From the IMG/VR virus record IMGVR_UViG_3300045971_000149, positions 32,001 through 96,000 of that record: a stretch of DNA of 64,000 bases. One strand, written 5' to 3'. The DNA is from a virus. Positions 36,350-46,277 of this stretch are shown one piece after another. The number at the start of each line of letters is the position of its first letter. The first letter of the stretch is position 1. The notes under the pieces are model-generated. The model was not told the DNA's origin and did not search any database. It saw only the letters and a program-made list of their open reading frames with translations. The translations under genes and the position numbers were made by a program.

Positions 36350-36424
36350 TGGTGCACCAACTAAGAATTGAACTTAGACTCAACCGATTATGAGTCGGAC
36401 GCTTTACCATTAAGCTATTGGTGC
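36350..36424 (-). tRNA. tRNA with CAT anticodon, most likely tRNA-Ile2
   Basis: Cloverleaf GCACCAA..CTCATAA..TTCAATT..TTGGTGC-A-CCA; C4/C5 acceptor pairs and CGACTCATAATCG arm resemble Ile2. Confidence 0.9.
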
Positions 36425-36492
36425 ACTTAACCTCTAATACATAGTATAGCACAATATAGCGATATTAGCACTATGATTATCACATTACATCC

Positions 36493-37497
36493 TTAAAACT
36501 TTGCCGAAGGATTACTTAATGCAGGACCAGTAGCAGCAGCCGGTTTTGGTGCTAACGCACTCATGAATGATGTTGGAATAGTTCCTTTAGCTTGAAACGG
36601 CACATGAGATACTACATTACTATCGATATTCTTCGGCTTGTTATTATATACAGGCGCTGCAGGAATAGTAGGAGCAGTAGGCTTCGCAGCAGCCGTTTGC
36701 ATTTGTGCAATACGTTCCATTAATGCTTTAGCTTCTGCCCCGGGATCAACACGCTTAGGTTCTGCAATAGGCACCTGCGACGGGATCATAGTCCACTCAT
36801 TACCTAATACTGGAGTTAAATCCCACGGTGAACGACGCACCCAATATAGTTCAGGTCCTTGTATACACATAAGATCAATTAGGTTAGCATATACACTATC
36901 AATACATGCTACAATCTCTGCCCCTTCAATAACAGATAACCAGTCGAATACATTGTCTGATAATGCTGTGATCTCAATAACCTTTACAGCGGGGTCAATC
37001 CAAGATGTGTCAATTTCAATACGAGCACTGCTCCCAACTGAATGTGTTAACGCATAACGTGCAGGAAGGTTTAATGATTCTTTAAAAGCTTTCTCACGAT
37101 CTAAATCCCTAGTTATACAAGATCTTAGTGTCCACTTCTTTAGAAAGGGAACTCCCGCAACTTGATACTTGTATTGATCAAACTTTAAAATATTAAACAA
37201 CTCTGGATCAGTCATTTGCGGCTGACTATTTAGATAGTGATACAAATACAATGCAGTATTAGGATCAACTCCTCTTTCTTTAAACACTTGCAGCGGGGTC
37301 TCTACAAAAAACTTACCTTGTGTATCCGTTTCCATAGAAACCCAAGTAATCCAGGGAGCAGCAGCAACTAGACTTGCATAGAACTCTGCACATACCGGCC
37401 AGATTATCTCGTCACCGTCGTCGCTGTAATGTTTAGCAATGGGAAGTGCAATAAGTATATCGCCTATTCCTCTGCTCTGTATAATACCTCTTTTCAT
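36493..37497 (-). CDS. GT9/heptosyltransferase-like glycosyltransferase with Pro/Ala-rich tail
   Basis: SRGIGDILIALP, ACIDSVYANL. Confidence 0.7.
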   Translation of the reverse strand: MKRGIIQSRGIGDILIALPIAKHYSDDGDEIIWPVCAEFYASLVAAAPWITWVSMETDTQGKFFVETPLQVFKERGVDPNTALYLYHYLNSQPQMTDPELFNILKFDQYKYQVAGVPFLKKWTLRSCITRDLDREKAFKESLNLPARYALTHSVGSSARIEIDTSWIDPAVKVIEITALSDNVFDWLSVIEGAEIVACIDSVYANLIDLMCIQGPELYWVRRSPWDLTPVLGNEWTMIPSQVPIAEPKRVDPGAEAKALMERIAQMQTAAAKPTAPTIPAAPVYNNKPKNIDSNVVSHVPFQAKGTIPTSFMSALAPKPAAATGPALSNPSAKF

Positions 37498-38054
37498 TTA
37501 TATCCTTTATGTTGTTCTTTGTTCTTTGTTCTACTGTATAGTGTAGTGTATAGTGTAGTGTATATAGTAATGTGATACTGTGTTACATATATACACGTTT
37601 ACTGTAATTACCTTTCCTATGCAGCGGGGTCTTTTAATGTGAGTTAAAGTGAATCAATATAACTCAACATGAATCAATAAAAGTATAGTGGATTTACCGT
37701 GGGAAGTCAATAAGAATATTGTAGAAAGAACGGTGGAAGGTACTTCAAATTGTGGTTCAAAATGACTCAAAATAGGTCCAAAATGGATCAGAATAGACAT
37801 CGTTTGGATAGTTTTCCGGCGTGTTTGGCACGTTTTTATACCGTAAATTATTTTGGAGGCCATTGGCAGTGAGAGGTATTACTTAGATACTTTCAAACAT
37901 ATAATCCACTATCTCCCAAATTCTTCAATCACCCCAGGGACCCCCATCATAATCCAATCCACCACAGTTTCTTTTCTTTATACAGTTCCTTTACTGCTAT
38001 CCACTGATCTTATATAGCAGCGGGGTCAAAGGAGAGTTTCTTAAATACGCTTAT

Positions 38055-38285
38055 ATGTTCACCCACACTAACTATAACTCCGCTCGTATTACTCGTATTG
38101 CTGCTTACGCTAAACTCATTGAGAACTACACTATATACAGAGCAGGGGATACTATTGTTGATAGGAAAGGTAATACCTATACAGTTGCTCATACACATAT
38201 ATCCGGACATGCGTTATCCATTGTTGCTTTAGATAGAAACGATAATGAGCATACACTTGAGCACAAGAATATACGCAAAGTTTGA
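38055..38285 (+). CDS. Small hypothetical protein
   Basis: 76 aa ORF. Confidence 0.45.
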   Translation: MFTHTNYNSARITRIAAYAKLIENYTIYRAGDTIVDRKGNTYTVAHTHISGHALSIVALDRNDNEHTLEHKNIRKV

Positions 38286-38547
38286 AGAGTTTACTACAGC
38301 GGGGTCTTTGTAGTAGTAGCAGCTAATATTACCAAAGTGTTTGCTCTGTATTACAAGATCGCTATATACTATGATTACTACTCGCTAGTTCGTTGTATCC
38401 GGGATATGTGATATAATAGTGCAGTTTGTGATATGTGGTTATTGTTACTGAGCAGTCTGATTAAAACGACGCTTATACAGTAAATAATCATGTGCTGCTT
38501 ACTGCCGCGCATATATGCGTATTATATTACTACGGAGGTATATATTA

Positions 38548-38967
38548 ATGCCAACTGAACTACTTGTATTGTTATCGTCGGTTTTTGGACTGCTAGTCTA
38601 TCTATGGATATTCTGGGGGTTCTATGTGTTAGTGATGGGTATATACCGTGCCTATTTGGATAAGAGATTGAATAAGCTAACATTGTGCTTATCGCTGCCG
38701 TTTGTCGCGGTGGGAGTTGCGTTGGATGTATTGGCTAATTTCTTTGTGGCCACGTTTGTCTTTTTGGAACTACCGAATGAATGGTTAGTTACATCTAGAT
38801 TGGTACGTTTGCAAAAAGGGAATGCGATCGGAAATTGGCGCAGGACATATGCCGATTGGATATGCTATAATTTGTTGGATGTGTTCGACCCAACGGGCTT
38901 CCATTGTTTGAAAGAAGATCCCGCGGAGGCTGAGAAGTTAGGGCTAAAGCCTGTAGCTAATATCTAA
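38548..38967 (+). CDS. Membrane protein
   Basis: GGAGG RBS before MPTELL; hydrophobic helices; LLDVFDPTGFHC. Confidence 0.7.
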   Translation: MPTELLVLLSSVFGLLVYLWIFWGFYVLVMGIYRAYLDKRLNKLTLCLSLPFVAVGVALDVLANFFVATFVFLELPNEWLVTSRLVRLQKGNAIGNWRRTYADWICYNLLDVFDPTGFHCLKEDPAEAEKLGLKPVANI

Positions 38968-38976
38968 ATTAGGTTA

Positions 38977-39237
38977 TTAACCAATTAGCGGGCCGTTACT
39001 ATCTTTGGTAATAGCATCTCTCGCAGGGGCCTCTGGTACATGAGTTTCGAACTTTGAAATCTTATGTAGATAGGCCTCTTTATTATGGACTACACGCCTT
39101 AGAGCCCGCTCGATATCGGCAATACGTTTGGCATCGGGAAAGGGCATACCCTGAGCTTCAGTTAGGTACATCCCAAGTTTCTTCTCTTCGAACTCGAGCA
39201 TTTTAATGTGGGCTTTGATTTTATTAATGTTGAACAT
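38977..39237 (-). CDS. Small coiled-coil hypothetical protein
   Basis: TAAATA-N5-ATG. Confidence 0.6.
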   Translation of the reverse strand: MFNINKIKAHIKMLEFEEKKLGMYLTEAQGMPFPDAKRIADIERALRRVVHNKEAYLHKISKFETHVPEAPARDAITKDSNGPLIG

Positions 39238-39316
39238 ATGACTATTTATGTTGGGCTATAATAGGTTGCAAAGATGTTGATAGTGTGTTACAATAAGTGC
39301 ATAAGGAAACTAAACT

Positions 39317-39517
39317 ATGGAATTGAAACCCGGAAAAACATTCGTGCTCTCTAAGTCAACAAAGCGTCGCATGGCGTCTATTGTTAACCCCGTGGCACGT
39401 AATGAGTACAAGAATCAGATGATCCAAGCGGAGTTGGCCGCAGCGGTTATAGTTAAACGTGAGAAGCGTCCCGAAGGGCAAGCACGTGGTGCAGTGGCCC
39501 CTGACTCTGCTGACTGA
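39317..39517 (+). CDS. Small basic hypothetical protein
   Basis: TTGCAA(39266)-17-TACAAT(39289) promoter and AAGGA RBS. Confidence 0.7.
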   Translation: MELKPGKTFVLSKSTKRRMASIVNPVARNEYKNQMIQAELAAAVIVKREKRPEGQARGAVAPDSAD

Positions 39518-39681
39518 TAAATAGTAGAGTAGCGCAGGAAATAATGGGCCATAATAGGCCCATTTTCGTCTAGGTTAGCATCTCCGGGTGCTAACTAAAA
39601 CTACAATACACATAATACACATACAGGAATTACAAAAACACACCTAAAACACACACAGTAAATTTTATAAGGAGGACAGAT

Positions 39682-40404
39682 ATGTCTATGAAACGCATTG
39701 CATTACATGCGATAATAGTAGTATCGGCCCTGGCTTTCACAAGTGTTAGTCAAGCCGAGACCCCGGAAGTAGTAGCAGAGGGTCAATCAAGTTGGGTATC
39801 GAATGCAAGTTCGAGCCTATCAGGGTTAGTGGGAGTTTTCACTTCCGCAACACCCCTAAAAAAAGTAGACGCTAAAGAATTGCAGTGTCTATCGAAAAAT
39901 ATATATTTCGAAGCAGGTATCGAACCCATAGAGGGTAAGGTAGCAGTGGGTCTAGTCACCTTGAACCGTGTAAACGATGGGCGTTTCGGAGGGTCAGTGT
40001 GTGACGTAGTGGACCAAAAGACTGTAAAAGAGGTAACTAGCAGTAGGGTCGTGGAGACCCCCAGCCCTGTAGTAACGGGGGTATGGATTTTTACCCGGAC
40101 AGTCACCATTGTAAATAGAGAGGTAGTTAACGTAGTTAGCAGGGTATCGGTATGTCAGTTCAGCTGGCGATGCAATCCTGTTAAGACCCCCAAGAAAACT
40201 GATGCCCGCTGGGTAGAGAGTCAACGGGTGGCCCACGAGTTACTTGCCAAGGAAGATGCTTACCCTGAAGTTAGGGAAAAGTATAACGATGCATTATATT
40301 TTCATTCGGGCGCTCGTCCGATATGGGCGAAGATGAAAAGCATTGTTGGACGCATCGGCGGACACTATTTCTATAGTGAACGAGAGGAATACGCAAGAAA
40401 CTAA
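39682..40404 (+). CDS. Cell wall hydrolase (SleB/Hydrolase_2 family) with signal peptide
   Basis: CLSKNIYFEA..GKVAVG.VTLNRV..VCQFSW..ALYFH..IGGHYFY. Confidence 0.9.
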   Translation: MSMKRIALHAIIVVSALAFTSVSQAETPEVVAEGQSSWVSNASSSLSGLVGVFTSATPLKKVDAKELQCLSKNIYFEAGIEPIEGKVAVGLVTLNRVNDGRFGGSVCDVVDQKTVKEVTSSRVVETPSPVVTGVWIFTRTVTIVNREVVNVVSRVSVCQFSWRCNPVKTPKKTDARWVESQRVAHELLAKEDAYPEVREKYNDALYFHSGARPIWAKMKSIVGRIGGHYFYSEREEYARN

Positions 40405-40424
40405 CTGCCATACTAAATACTGAT

Positions 40425-40649
40425 ATGAGAGCCTACGAATTTATCCTATCAGAACAAAAAACAGATCCAGCCCTATGCCGTTCCGGACGTCGTTTGGGTA
40501 ACAGTGATCACGCTAGCTGTGTGAGCCAAGGGCTCCGAGCTCACACATCTAAAGGCAAAGGCCATACAGACGGCAAAGGCCATTACCTAAAGGGTAAGCG
40601 CGCCAAGTCCACAAAGTATGGCGGCGATGTTCCAGATTACGGCGAGTAA
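40425..40649 (+). CDS. Small basic late protein, possible internal head protein
   Basis: MRAYEFILSE N-terminus; TAAATA-N5-ATG. Confidence 0.6.
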   Translation: MRAYEFILSEQKTDPALCRSGRRLGNSDHASCVSQGLRAHTSKGKGHTDGKGHYLKGKRAKSTKYGGDVPDYGE

Positions 40650-40675
40650 TTAATTACGTTGTTTAAATATGCTGT

Positions 40676-42037
40676 ATGAGCATACGGCATCAACACATTA
40701 TCCCGATTATCAACCAAATTAGCCCGACGTTCTGTTTAGCTAAATGGCACCATACCACAATATATCTACAGACTGGGGAAACACATAGCTGTTATCACCC
40801 ACGTCCACATAGCATCCCCATTGCAGAGTTAACTAACAATCCCGGCGCATTACATAATACGTTACAAAAGAAAGCTGAAAGAGCTGAAATGGTCGCGGGT
40901 AATAAACCACAAGGGTGTAACTATTGCTGGAATATAGAAGCAATGGGCGACGAGTATATAAGTGATCGTAAAGAGCGAAATGCAAGCATTTATACTCCTG
41001 AGCGATTTGAAGCAATACAGCAATCACCGATGGCCGACGTCAACCCGCAATATATTGAAATAAGTTTCGGTAATGAGTGTAACTTCAAGTGTGGGTATTG
41101 CCATCCAAAACATTCTAGTTCGTATCAAAAAGAGATAAAAGACTTTGGTCCTTATACTATGGTAAAGAATCATCGTAATGATATCAATTGGTTTACTACA
41201 TACGAAGAAGAGACTAACCCATATGTAGCTGCATGGTGGGCATGGTGGCCCGAAGTATCAAAGACATTAACTATACTTCGCATTACAGGGGGTGAGCCTT
41301 TACTGCAAGCATCTACTTGGCGTTTATTCGAAGAGTTGTCTGCAAACCCAATGCCCGACTTAGAACTTAATCTTAATAGCAACTTAGGAGTAAAGCCTGT
41401 ATTGGTGCAGCGCCTTATTGAAAAGGTAAACGCACTGGTAGCTGGTGGCAGGATAAAGAGCTTCAAGCTGTTTACTAGTCTCGATACCTGGGGTAAGAGG
41501 GCAGAGTATATCCGTACTGGCCTTGACCTAGATGTATGGGAACAAAACTTTAATGCATATATGACTCAAACTAATCTACCCATTACGTTTATGGTAACGT
41601 TTAACGCACTCACTGTGACTAGCTTTACTTCGCTATTAGAGAAGTTCTTAGAGTGGAGAACTCGTTACAACGGAACTGATCAAACAAAATGGCAACGTAT
41701 TAGATTTGATACTCCTTACCTTAAAGAGCCGTTGCAGTATGATATGAACATCTTGCCAAAGGAAGAGTTTATGCCCTACATGTATGCTACATTAAAATAC
41801 ATTGCTGATAACGTAGATGCTACAGATAGAACTAAGTTTAGTCAAGAAGAACATGATAAGTTTCTGCGAGTAGTCAAGTATATGGAAACAACTCATTACT
41901 CTGCAGAAAAACTAACAGAAGGACGATCTGACTTTTATAATTGGTTTACTGAATATGATCGTAGGCGTGATACTAACTTTGCAGAAACTTTCCCTGAGAT
42001 GATAGATTTTTATACAGTGTCGGCAAGGGAAATGTAA
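40676..42037 (+). CDS. Radical SAM protein with N-terminal twitch/SPASM-like Cys domain
   Basis: CNFKCGYC, ITGGEP, FCLAKW, CNYCW. Confidence 0.9.
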   Translation: MSIRHQHIIPIINQISPTFCLAKWHHTTIYLQTGETHSCYHPRPHSIPIAELTNNPGALHNTLQKKAERAEMVAGNKPQGCNYCWNIEAMGDEYISDRKERNASIYTPERFEAIQQSPMADVNPQYIEISFGNECNFKCGYCHPKHSSSYQKEIKDFGPYTMVKNHRNDINWFTTYEEETNPYVAAWWAWWPEVSKTLTILRITGGEPLLQASTWRLFEELSANPMPDLELNLNSNLGVKPVLVQRLIEKVNALVAGGRIKSFKLFTSLDTWGKRAEYIRTGLDLDVWEQNFNAYMTQTNLPITFMVTFNALTVTSFTSLLEKFLEWRTRYNGTDQTKWQRIRFDTPYLKEPLQYDMNILPKEEFMPYMYATLKYIADNVDATDRTKFSQEEHDKFLRVVKYMETTHYSAEKLTEGRSDFYNWFTEYDRRRDTNFAETFPEMIDFYTVSAREM

Positions 42038-43332
42038 TGCATTTTGTATTTGAAAAATTATCACCCGAAGCATCTGAAAATTTTATTAACTGTCCAGATG
42101 TAAACAACTCGGGCATTCGCCGATTTACTCCTAGCCCGGTAATAAATGCAGTGATTCACAATAGTACCCGTAACATATCATATTCGTCCCAAGTGCCCGA
42201 CGAAAAATATATAATTGCATCGGGAGTTGCACATAGCCCCGGAGGATGGTGTGGCCCCGATAGCGAAAATAACGGATTTGATAAAAGGGATCCTAATAAG
42301 CAATCAGTGTTTGCCCATCTAAGTGAACAATATCTTAAAGATTTGCAAACAGGTAAAGCATGGTTACTTCTTGATCAATCACACGAAGGACATCATGTGT
42401 TGTGGCTGTGGGATTGGTTTCATAATAACTGTAATACATATAACATTAATCCTAGCCAAATTATATATGTCACTGGAAACCTAAACAGCAGTTCTGATTA
42501 TGCTGATTGGTTAACTTCGAAAAATTTATCAACCGGGATGTTAGTTATACCAGCAACACATTTTGAATCATTTATGTGCTGGATGGCATCTATTGATAAA
42601 ATTGTTAATGATCTATCAGCTAAATCTCACATAGAGTACAAAACTAACAACTTAGAAAAGATTAAGGTTTATAATGCATTACAAAAAAGACCCCGGGTAC
42701 ATCGAATTTGGTTATTTAAATCTCTAGTTGAAAACAATTTATTAGATAGTGGTATCAATAGTATGAATTCGTTTTCTTACCTGCATAGTTATTTTGAAGG
42801 TCGACATATGAATGTCAATGAATATAATACTATAGCAAACTTACTACCTATGTTATCCCCTACTGATAATAACTTAGCAAAATTTTCTAATACCGTAAGT
42901 GGACACTATATTACAGATTTTAATGAACAACATATGTTAAATTCATGGGTAAGTGTAATTAGTGAAGCATCATTTGGTGATTCAGAAAGAACTTGCTTTA
43001 TTAGCGAAAAAACATTTAAGACTATCGCATGCTATCACCCTTTTATTATATTCGGAAACAAAGGATCGTTAGCGCATCTTCGTAAGTTAGGTTATAAAAC
43101 GTTTAGTCCGTTTATCGATGAAACTTATGATTCTTTACCTACATGGGAACGAATTTCGGCAATCATTGTAGAGATTAACAAAATAAAAAATATGACATCT
43201 TATGAAAAATTAGAGTGGTATAAAGGAATGACAGAAATAGTAACACACAATTATAATGTGTTAAAGAATAATTCAGCATCTTATGCTAACTTGCACTATA
43301 CACAACTAGCATCTCACTGTAATATTAGTTAA
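42037..43332 (+). CDS. Putative glycosyltransferase-like protein (GT10-like C-terminal motif)
   Basis: FISEKTFKTI..HPFII.G..LGYKTF..IDETYD. Confidence 0.45.
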   Translation: MHFVFEKLSPEASENFINCPDVNNSGIRRFTPSPVINAVIHNSTRNISYSSQVPDEKYIIASGVAHSPGGWCGPDSENNGFDKRDPNKQSVFAHLSEQYLKDLQTGKAWLLLDQSHEGHHVLWLWDWFHNNCNTYNINPSQIIYVTGNLNSSSDYADWLTSKNLSTGMLVIPATHFESFMCWMASIDKIVNDLSAKSHIEYKTNNLEKIKVYNALQKRPRVHRIWLFKSLVENNLLDSGINSMNSFSYLHSYFEGRHMNVNEYNTIANLLPMLSPTDNNLAKFSNTVSGHYITDFNEQHMLNSWVSVISEASFGDSERTCFISEKTFKTIACYHPFIIFGNKGSLAHLRKLGYKTFSPFIDETYDSLPTWERISAIIVEINKIKNMTSYEKLEWYKGMTEIVTHNYNVLKNNSASYANLHYTQLASHCNIS

Positions 43333-43856
43333 TGAAAATACTATGTACCGGGAATCCTGTTGCAGGTATTGCTAAGGAGTTACAAAGTCTATATCCAGAT
43401 ACTTGCTTTATATCCAGGACAAACGGGTATGATTTATCAACGATTGAAGGCATAGATAAGTTTAAAGAGTTGTTACCTAATTACGATGTGTTTATTAATC
43501 ATTCTCAATTACTACCTGGTACTCAACAACTATTACTACAACATGCCTATGCAATATGGAATTCAGGGCATGTTATTAATATCGGTAGTGTCTTAGAGTT
43601 TAAACAGTGGGAATGGATAGAACCCGATGCTGCTGAAGACAAACGGCAATTGCGAGAGCGAAGTTTAGCCTTGGGAAATGAGTTATTCAAAACTACTCAT
43701 CTTATAATTGGTGGAATACGAGATAATGATATTTGTCGAATGCATCCAGTACATGTTGCTAAAGCAATAATGTGGATACTAGAAAATGAAGTTCATATCC
43801 CGATGCTTTACATTGATAAACTATCTAACGAAGTATTATCTAAAAGGAAATATTAG
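43332..43856 (+). CDS. Short SDR-like Rossmann-fold protein
   Basis: ILCTG..GIAK, SRTNGYDL, DVFINHS, VINIGS. Confidence 0.65.
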   Translation: MKILCTGNPVAGIAKELQSLYPDTCFISRTNGYDLSTIEGIDKFKELLPNYDVFINHSQLLPGTQQLLLQHAYAIWNSGHVINIGSVLEFKQWEWIEPDAAEDKRQLRERSLALGNELFKTTHLIIGGIRDNDICRMHPVHVAKAIMWILENEVHIPMLYIDKLSNEVLSKRKY

Positions 43857-44436
43857 TTGCAAGTATCTCAGGTACTTTACTTACTGGTACTTTAAATATT
43901 AAATGTGCTCGATCAGTACTTCCGAGATTATTTGTACTATGCATTAACGATGTGTTTACTAAGTATATTTTTCCAGGAGTTAATACAAACCGTTCGTTAT
44001 CGAATATAAAATAACTTTGATCGTTTCCGGTAATAGGGATATGTATTTTAAAGTACTCTTCATCACAGTATATTTCTTTATCGATGTGAGCATCTATAAT
44101 AGATCCAGGATTATGCACTGTAATACTTGCCTGCCTAGCACATGGAAATGCGTTAATGCATTTTTCTGCAAATCCGAATAATAATTTAGTAGGAGTATCA
44201 AACTGGTTATTATCTGTAGGACTCGGCGGCACCCATTCTGGGGGTAAATGCAGTGGAGCACACGGAATTGTAATATCTGCTAATTTAGTGTGGATCGCCC
44301 AAGCATGCCCGGTAAATTGTGATTCGAAGTTTGGCACCCATTTTAAATCTTGATGCTGCTCTTTGATTATTGCATAGTAATCGAGTAACTCTTGAAAAGA
44401 AAATGTAACATTATCGAGTTCTTTTATTGTGAACAT
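43840..44436 (-). CDS. Asp/Asn beta-hydroxylase-like Fe/2OG oxygenase
   Basis: IDAHID..IHIPI..NTSLMHSTNN..RAHLI. Confidence 0.8.
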   Translation of the reverse strand: MFTIKELDNVTFSFQELLDYYAIIKEQHQDLKWVPNFESQFTGHAWAIHTKLADITIPCAPLHLPPEWVPPSPTDNNQFDTPTKLLFGFAEKCINAFPCARQASITVHNPGSIIDAHIDKEIYCDEEYFKIHIPITGNDQSYFIFDNERFVLTPGKIYLVNTSLMHSTNNLGSTDRAHLIFKVPVSKVPEILATNISF

Positions 44437-44447
44437 ATTATCTGCGA

Positions 44448-45353
44448 CTATCTAACTGAAATAAAATCTGGTGATAAATGGGTATCGGATGTTTTTATCA
44501 TACTATGCTCGGCTACCCAATTATACGGTTTATGTTTATCTAATGCAGTGCCTATACAAATAAATGATTGTGGTATTAGGGTGTCAACTGTATATTCCCC
44601 ATACTTTAAATGTAATATATCTTCAATGGGTTTTATTTTTTCACTGAAATAATTAAAGCTGTTACAAAATGCTAATTGATATCCTCGATCCAATGCAGTG
44701 AGTCCTATTCTAGAATATACTCTCCCCATTTGAAAATAGTATAATACATCGAATTGTTTAGGAGGAATACTAATTATCAACGGAGCATTCATTTGCGGAA
44801 TATGTATGTTACCGGGCTTACCCTCTCCTTCCCAATAAATCGCTAACGAATACATTATTTCACGCACTTTAGGATCTGTAATTACAACCTTATGTCCGGA
44901 ATTATCTATTAGAAAAGTATCAATTAACTCATTAATAATTTTCAAAGTTGTAACGTCTACAGGGGTATCGGTGTTAAATGAACGTTGACTATGCTTTAGT
45001 GTTTCGTATTTGTCTAAGCTACCAGAAAACGTAAAATTATTGTTGCTAACTCTTACAAATATTTCCTTGTCAGATGTTGTAACTGAATACGGTATATTAT
45101 GTTCATTTAGAAAATATTCAATACTACCCACTGAAAGTCCTGCATGTTCCCATTCTTCGAATCTATTAACATGTTCTGGCATAGATGATTCATTTTCACG
45201 CCTTGGATCTATTTTAGTGTATTGATTAGTTGGTGTAAAGATTAATACAATATTGGTGTCATCAACTTCTTGTAGACTACATTGAAAAAATGTACGGCCA
45301 CATCGAACTGGAGAAATAAACACCAGATGTTTGAGAATATTTAAAAGTTCCAT
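44448..45353 (-). CDS. Nitroreductase-fold-like protein
   Basis: HSQRSF, MNAPLII, GLTALDRGY, FICIG. Confidence 0.5.
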   Translation of the reverse strand: MELLNILKHLVFISPVRCGRTFFQCSLQEVDDTNIVLIFTPTNQYTKIDPRRENESSMPEHVNRFEEWEHAGLSVGSIEYFLNEHNIPYSVTTSDKEIFVRVSNNNFTFSGSLDKYETLKHSQRSFNTDTPVDVTTLKIINELIDTFLIDNSGHKVVITDPKVREIMYSLAIYWEGEGKPGNIHIPQMNAPLIISIPPKQFDVLYYFQMGRVYSRIGLTALDRGYQLAFCNSFNYFSEKIKPIEDILHLKYGEYTVDTLIPQSFICIGTALDKHKPYNWVAEHSMIKTSDTHLSPDFISVR

Positions 45354-45367
45354 ATTAACTCCAAATT

Positions 45368-46225
45368 TTATTTAAATGCAATATCAGGCAATACAAATGT
45401 TGCCTCTTCTAACTGATGTCCTGGCTCTCTATATTCAGTTAATATTAAATGAGCTCTTGGCTTATCCCAAGGATTTATAACAGTATGCAACATTTTTGGT
45501 ATCAACATCCATGCTTCACCGACAGGCATGTGCATCTTGTAGTACTTGTCTGTATCACCTTCATCTCTACATAAAAATTGCACATCTGGACGAGTAGTAA
45601 TAGGAACATGGTACCTGAGATATAAGTTTGCATCATTGTGTAAGTTATATCGTCTGCAGGGATTAACCCATAATATTCTAATTCCGCCGACCCATTTCCG
45701 TTGAAAGTTAGTTTCGTGCCATTCAATTAACGAATCAATTATTGTTTTTATATACAATCCATCTAATTCTTCTAAAAATTCTGTAGCATCTCCGGGGAAG
45801 TAACCTTGTTCAGTTTGCCAAGAGATGTGCCCTCTATTTTTTAAATATCTATCTTTTCCAGTAAGCCCAGGCTTATAGCTTAAATTTAAATCAAAGAAGA
45901 TAGGAGTAGTTGGATTGCCTAACGATTTCCATTTTTCAGAAAACCACTGGTTAGCTTCTACTTCCATGTCTTGATAACTGGCATATCCTAATCTGTGTGC
46001 TAGCTCAGTAAAGCTATTTAATAATTGCTCTTCGTCAATATCTACCATTATGGGATGATTGTCGGGAATTGAGTTAACTTCTTCTGCGGCATTTAAAATG
46101 TTATCAACATTGTACCCGTCGGGTATGTGATGCGGCCTAGTTAAGCTAGGCGCAGCATCTTTAATTGTATTATAATTTTTTGAATTGTTGTTGTAGTCTA
46201 ACGGTAAAAACTTAAAATGTTTCAT
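45368..46225 (-). CDS. Asp/Asn beta-hydroxylase-like Fe/2OG oxygenase
   Basis: YNLHND..RYHVPI..LHTVIN..RAHLI. Confidence 0.75.
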   Translation of the reverse strand: MKHFKFLPLDYNNNSKNYNTIKDAAPSLTRPHHIPDGYNVDNILNAAEEVNSIPDNHPIMVDIDEEQLLNSFTELAHRLGYASYQDMEVEANQWFSEKWKSLGNPTTPIFFDLNLSYKPGLTGKDRYLKNRGHISWQTEQGYFPGDATEFLEELDGLYIKTIIDSLIEWHETNFQRKWVGGIRILWVNPCRRYNLHNDANLYLRYHVPITTRPDVQFLCRDEGDTDKYYKMHMPVGEAWMLIPKMLHTVINPWDKPRAHLILTEYREPGHQLEEATFVLPDIAFK

Positions 46226-46277
46226 TATATATTCTCTTAAATTTATTTAGTGCGTACAATTACTGATAAGTAGCATT

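Noticed and set aside
37654-38210. Minus-strand 69-aa and 66-aa ORFs
   Set aside because: No RBS or promoter; they overlap the phased A-tract region or the plus-strand ORF
36987-38306. CAGCGGGG resembling part of a type I-E CRISPR repeat
   Set aside because: No CCCCGC partner arm, irregular spacing, two copies inside a CDS
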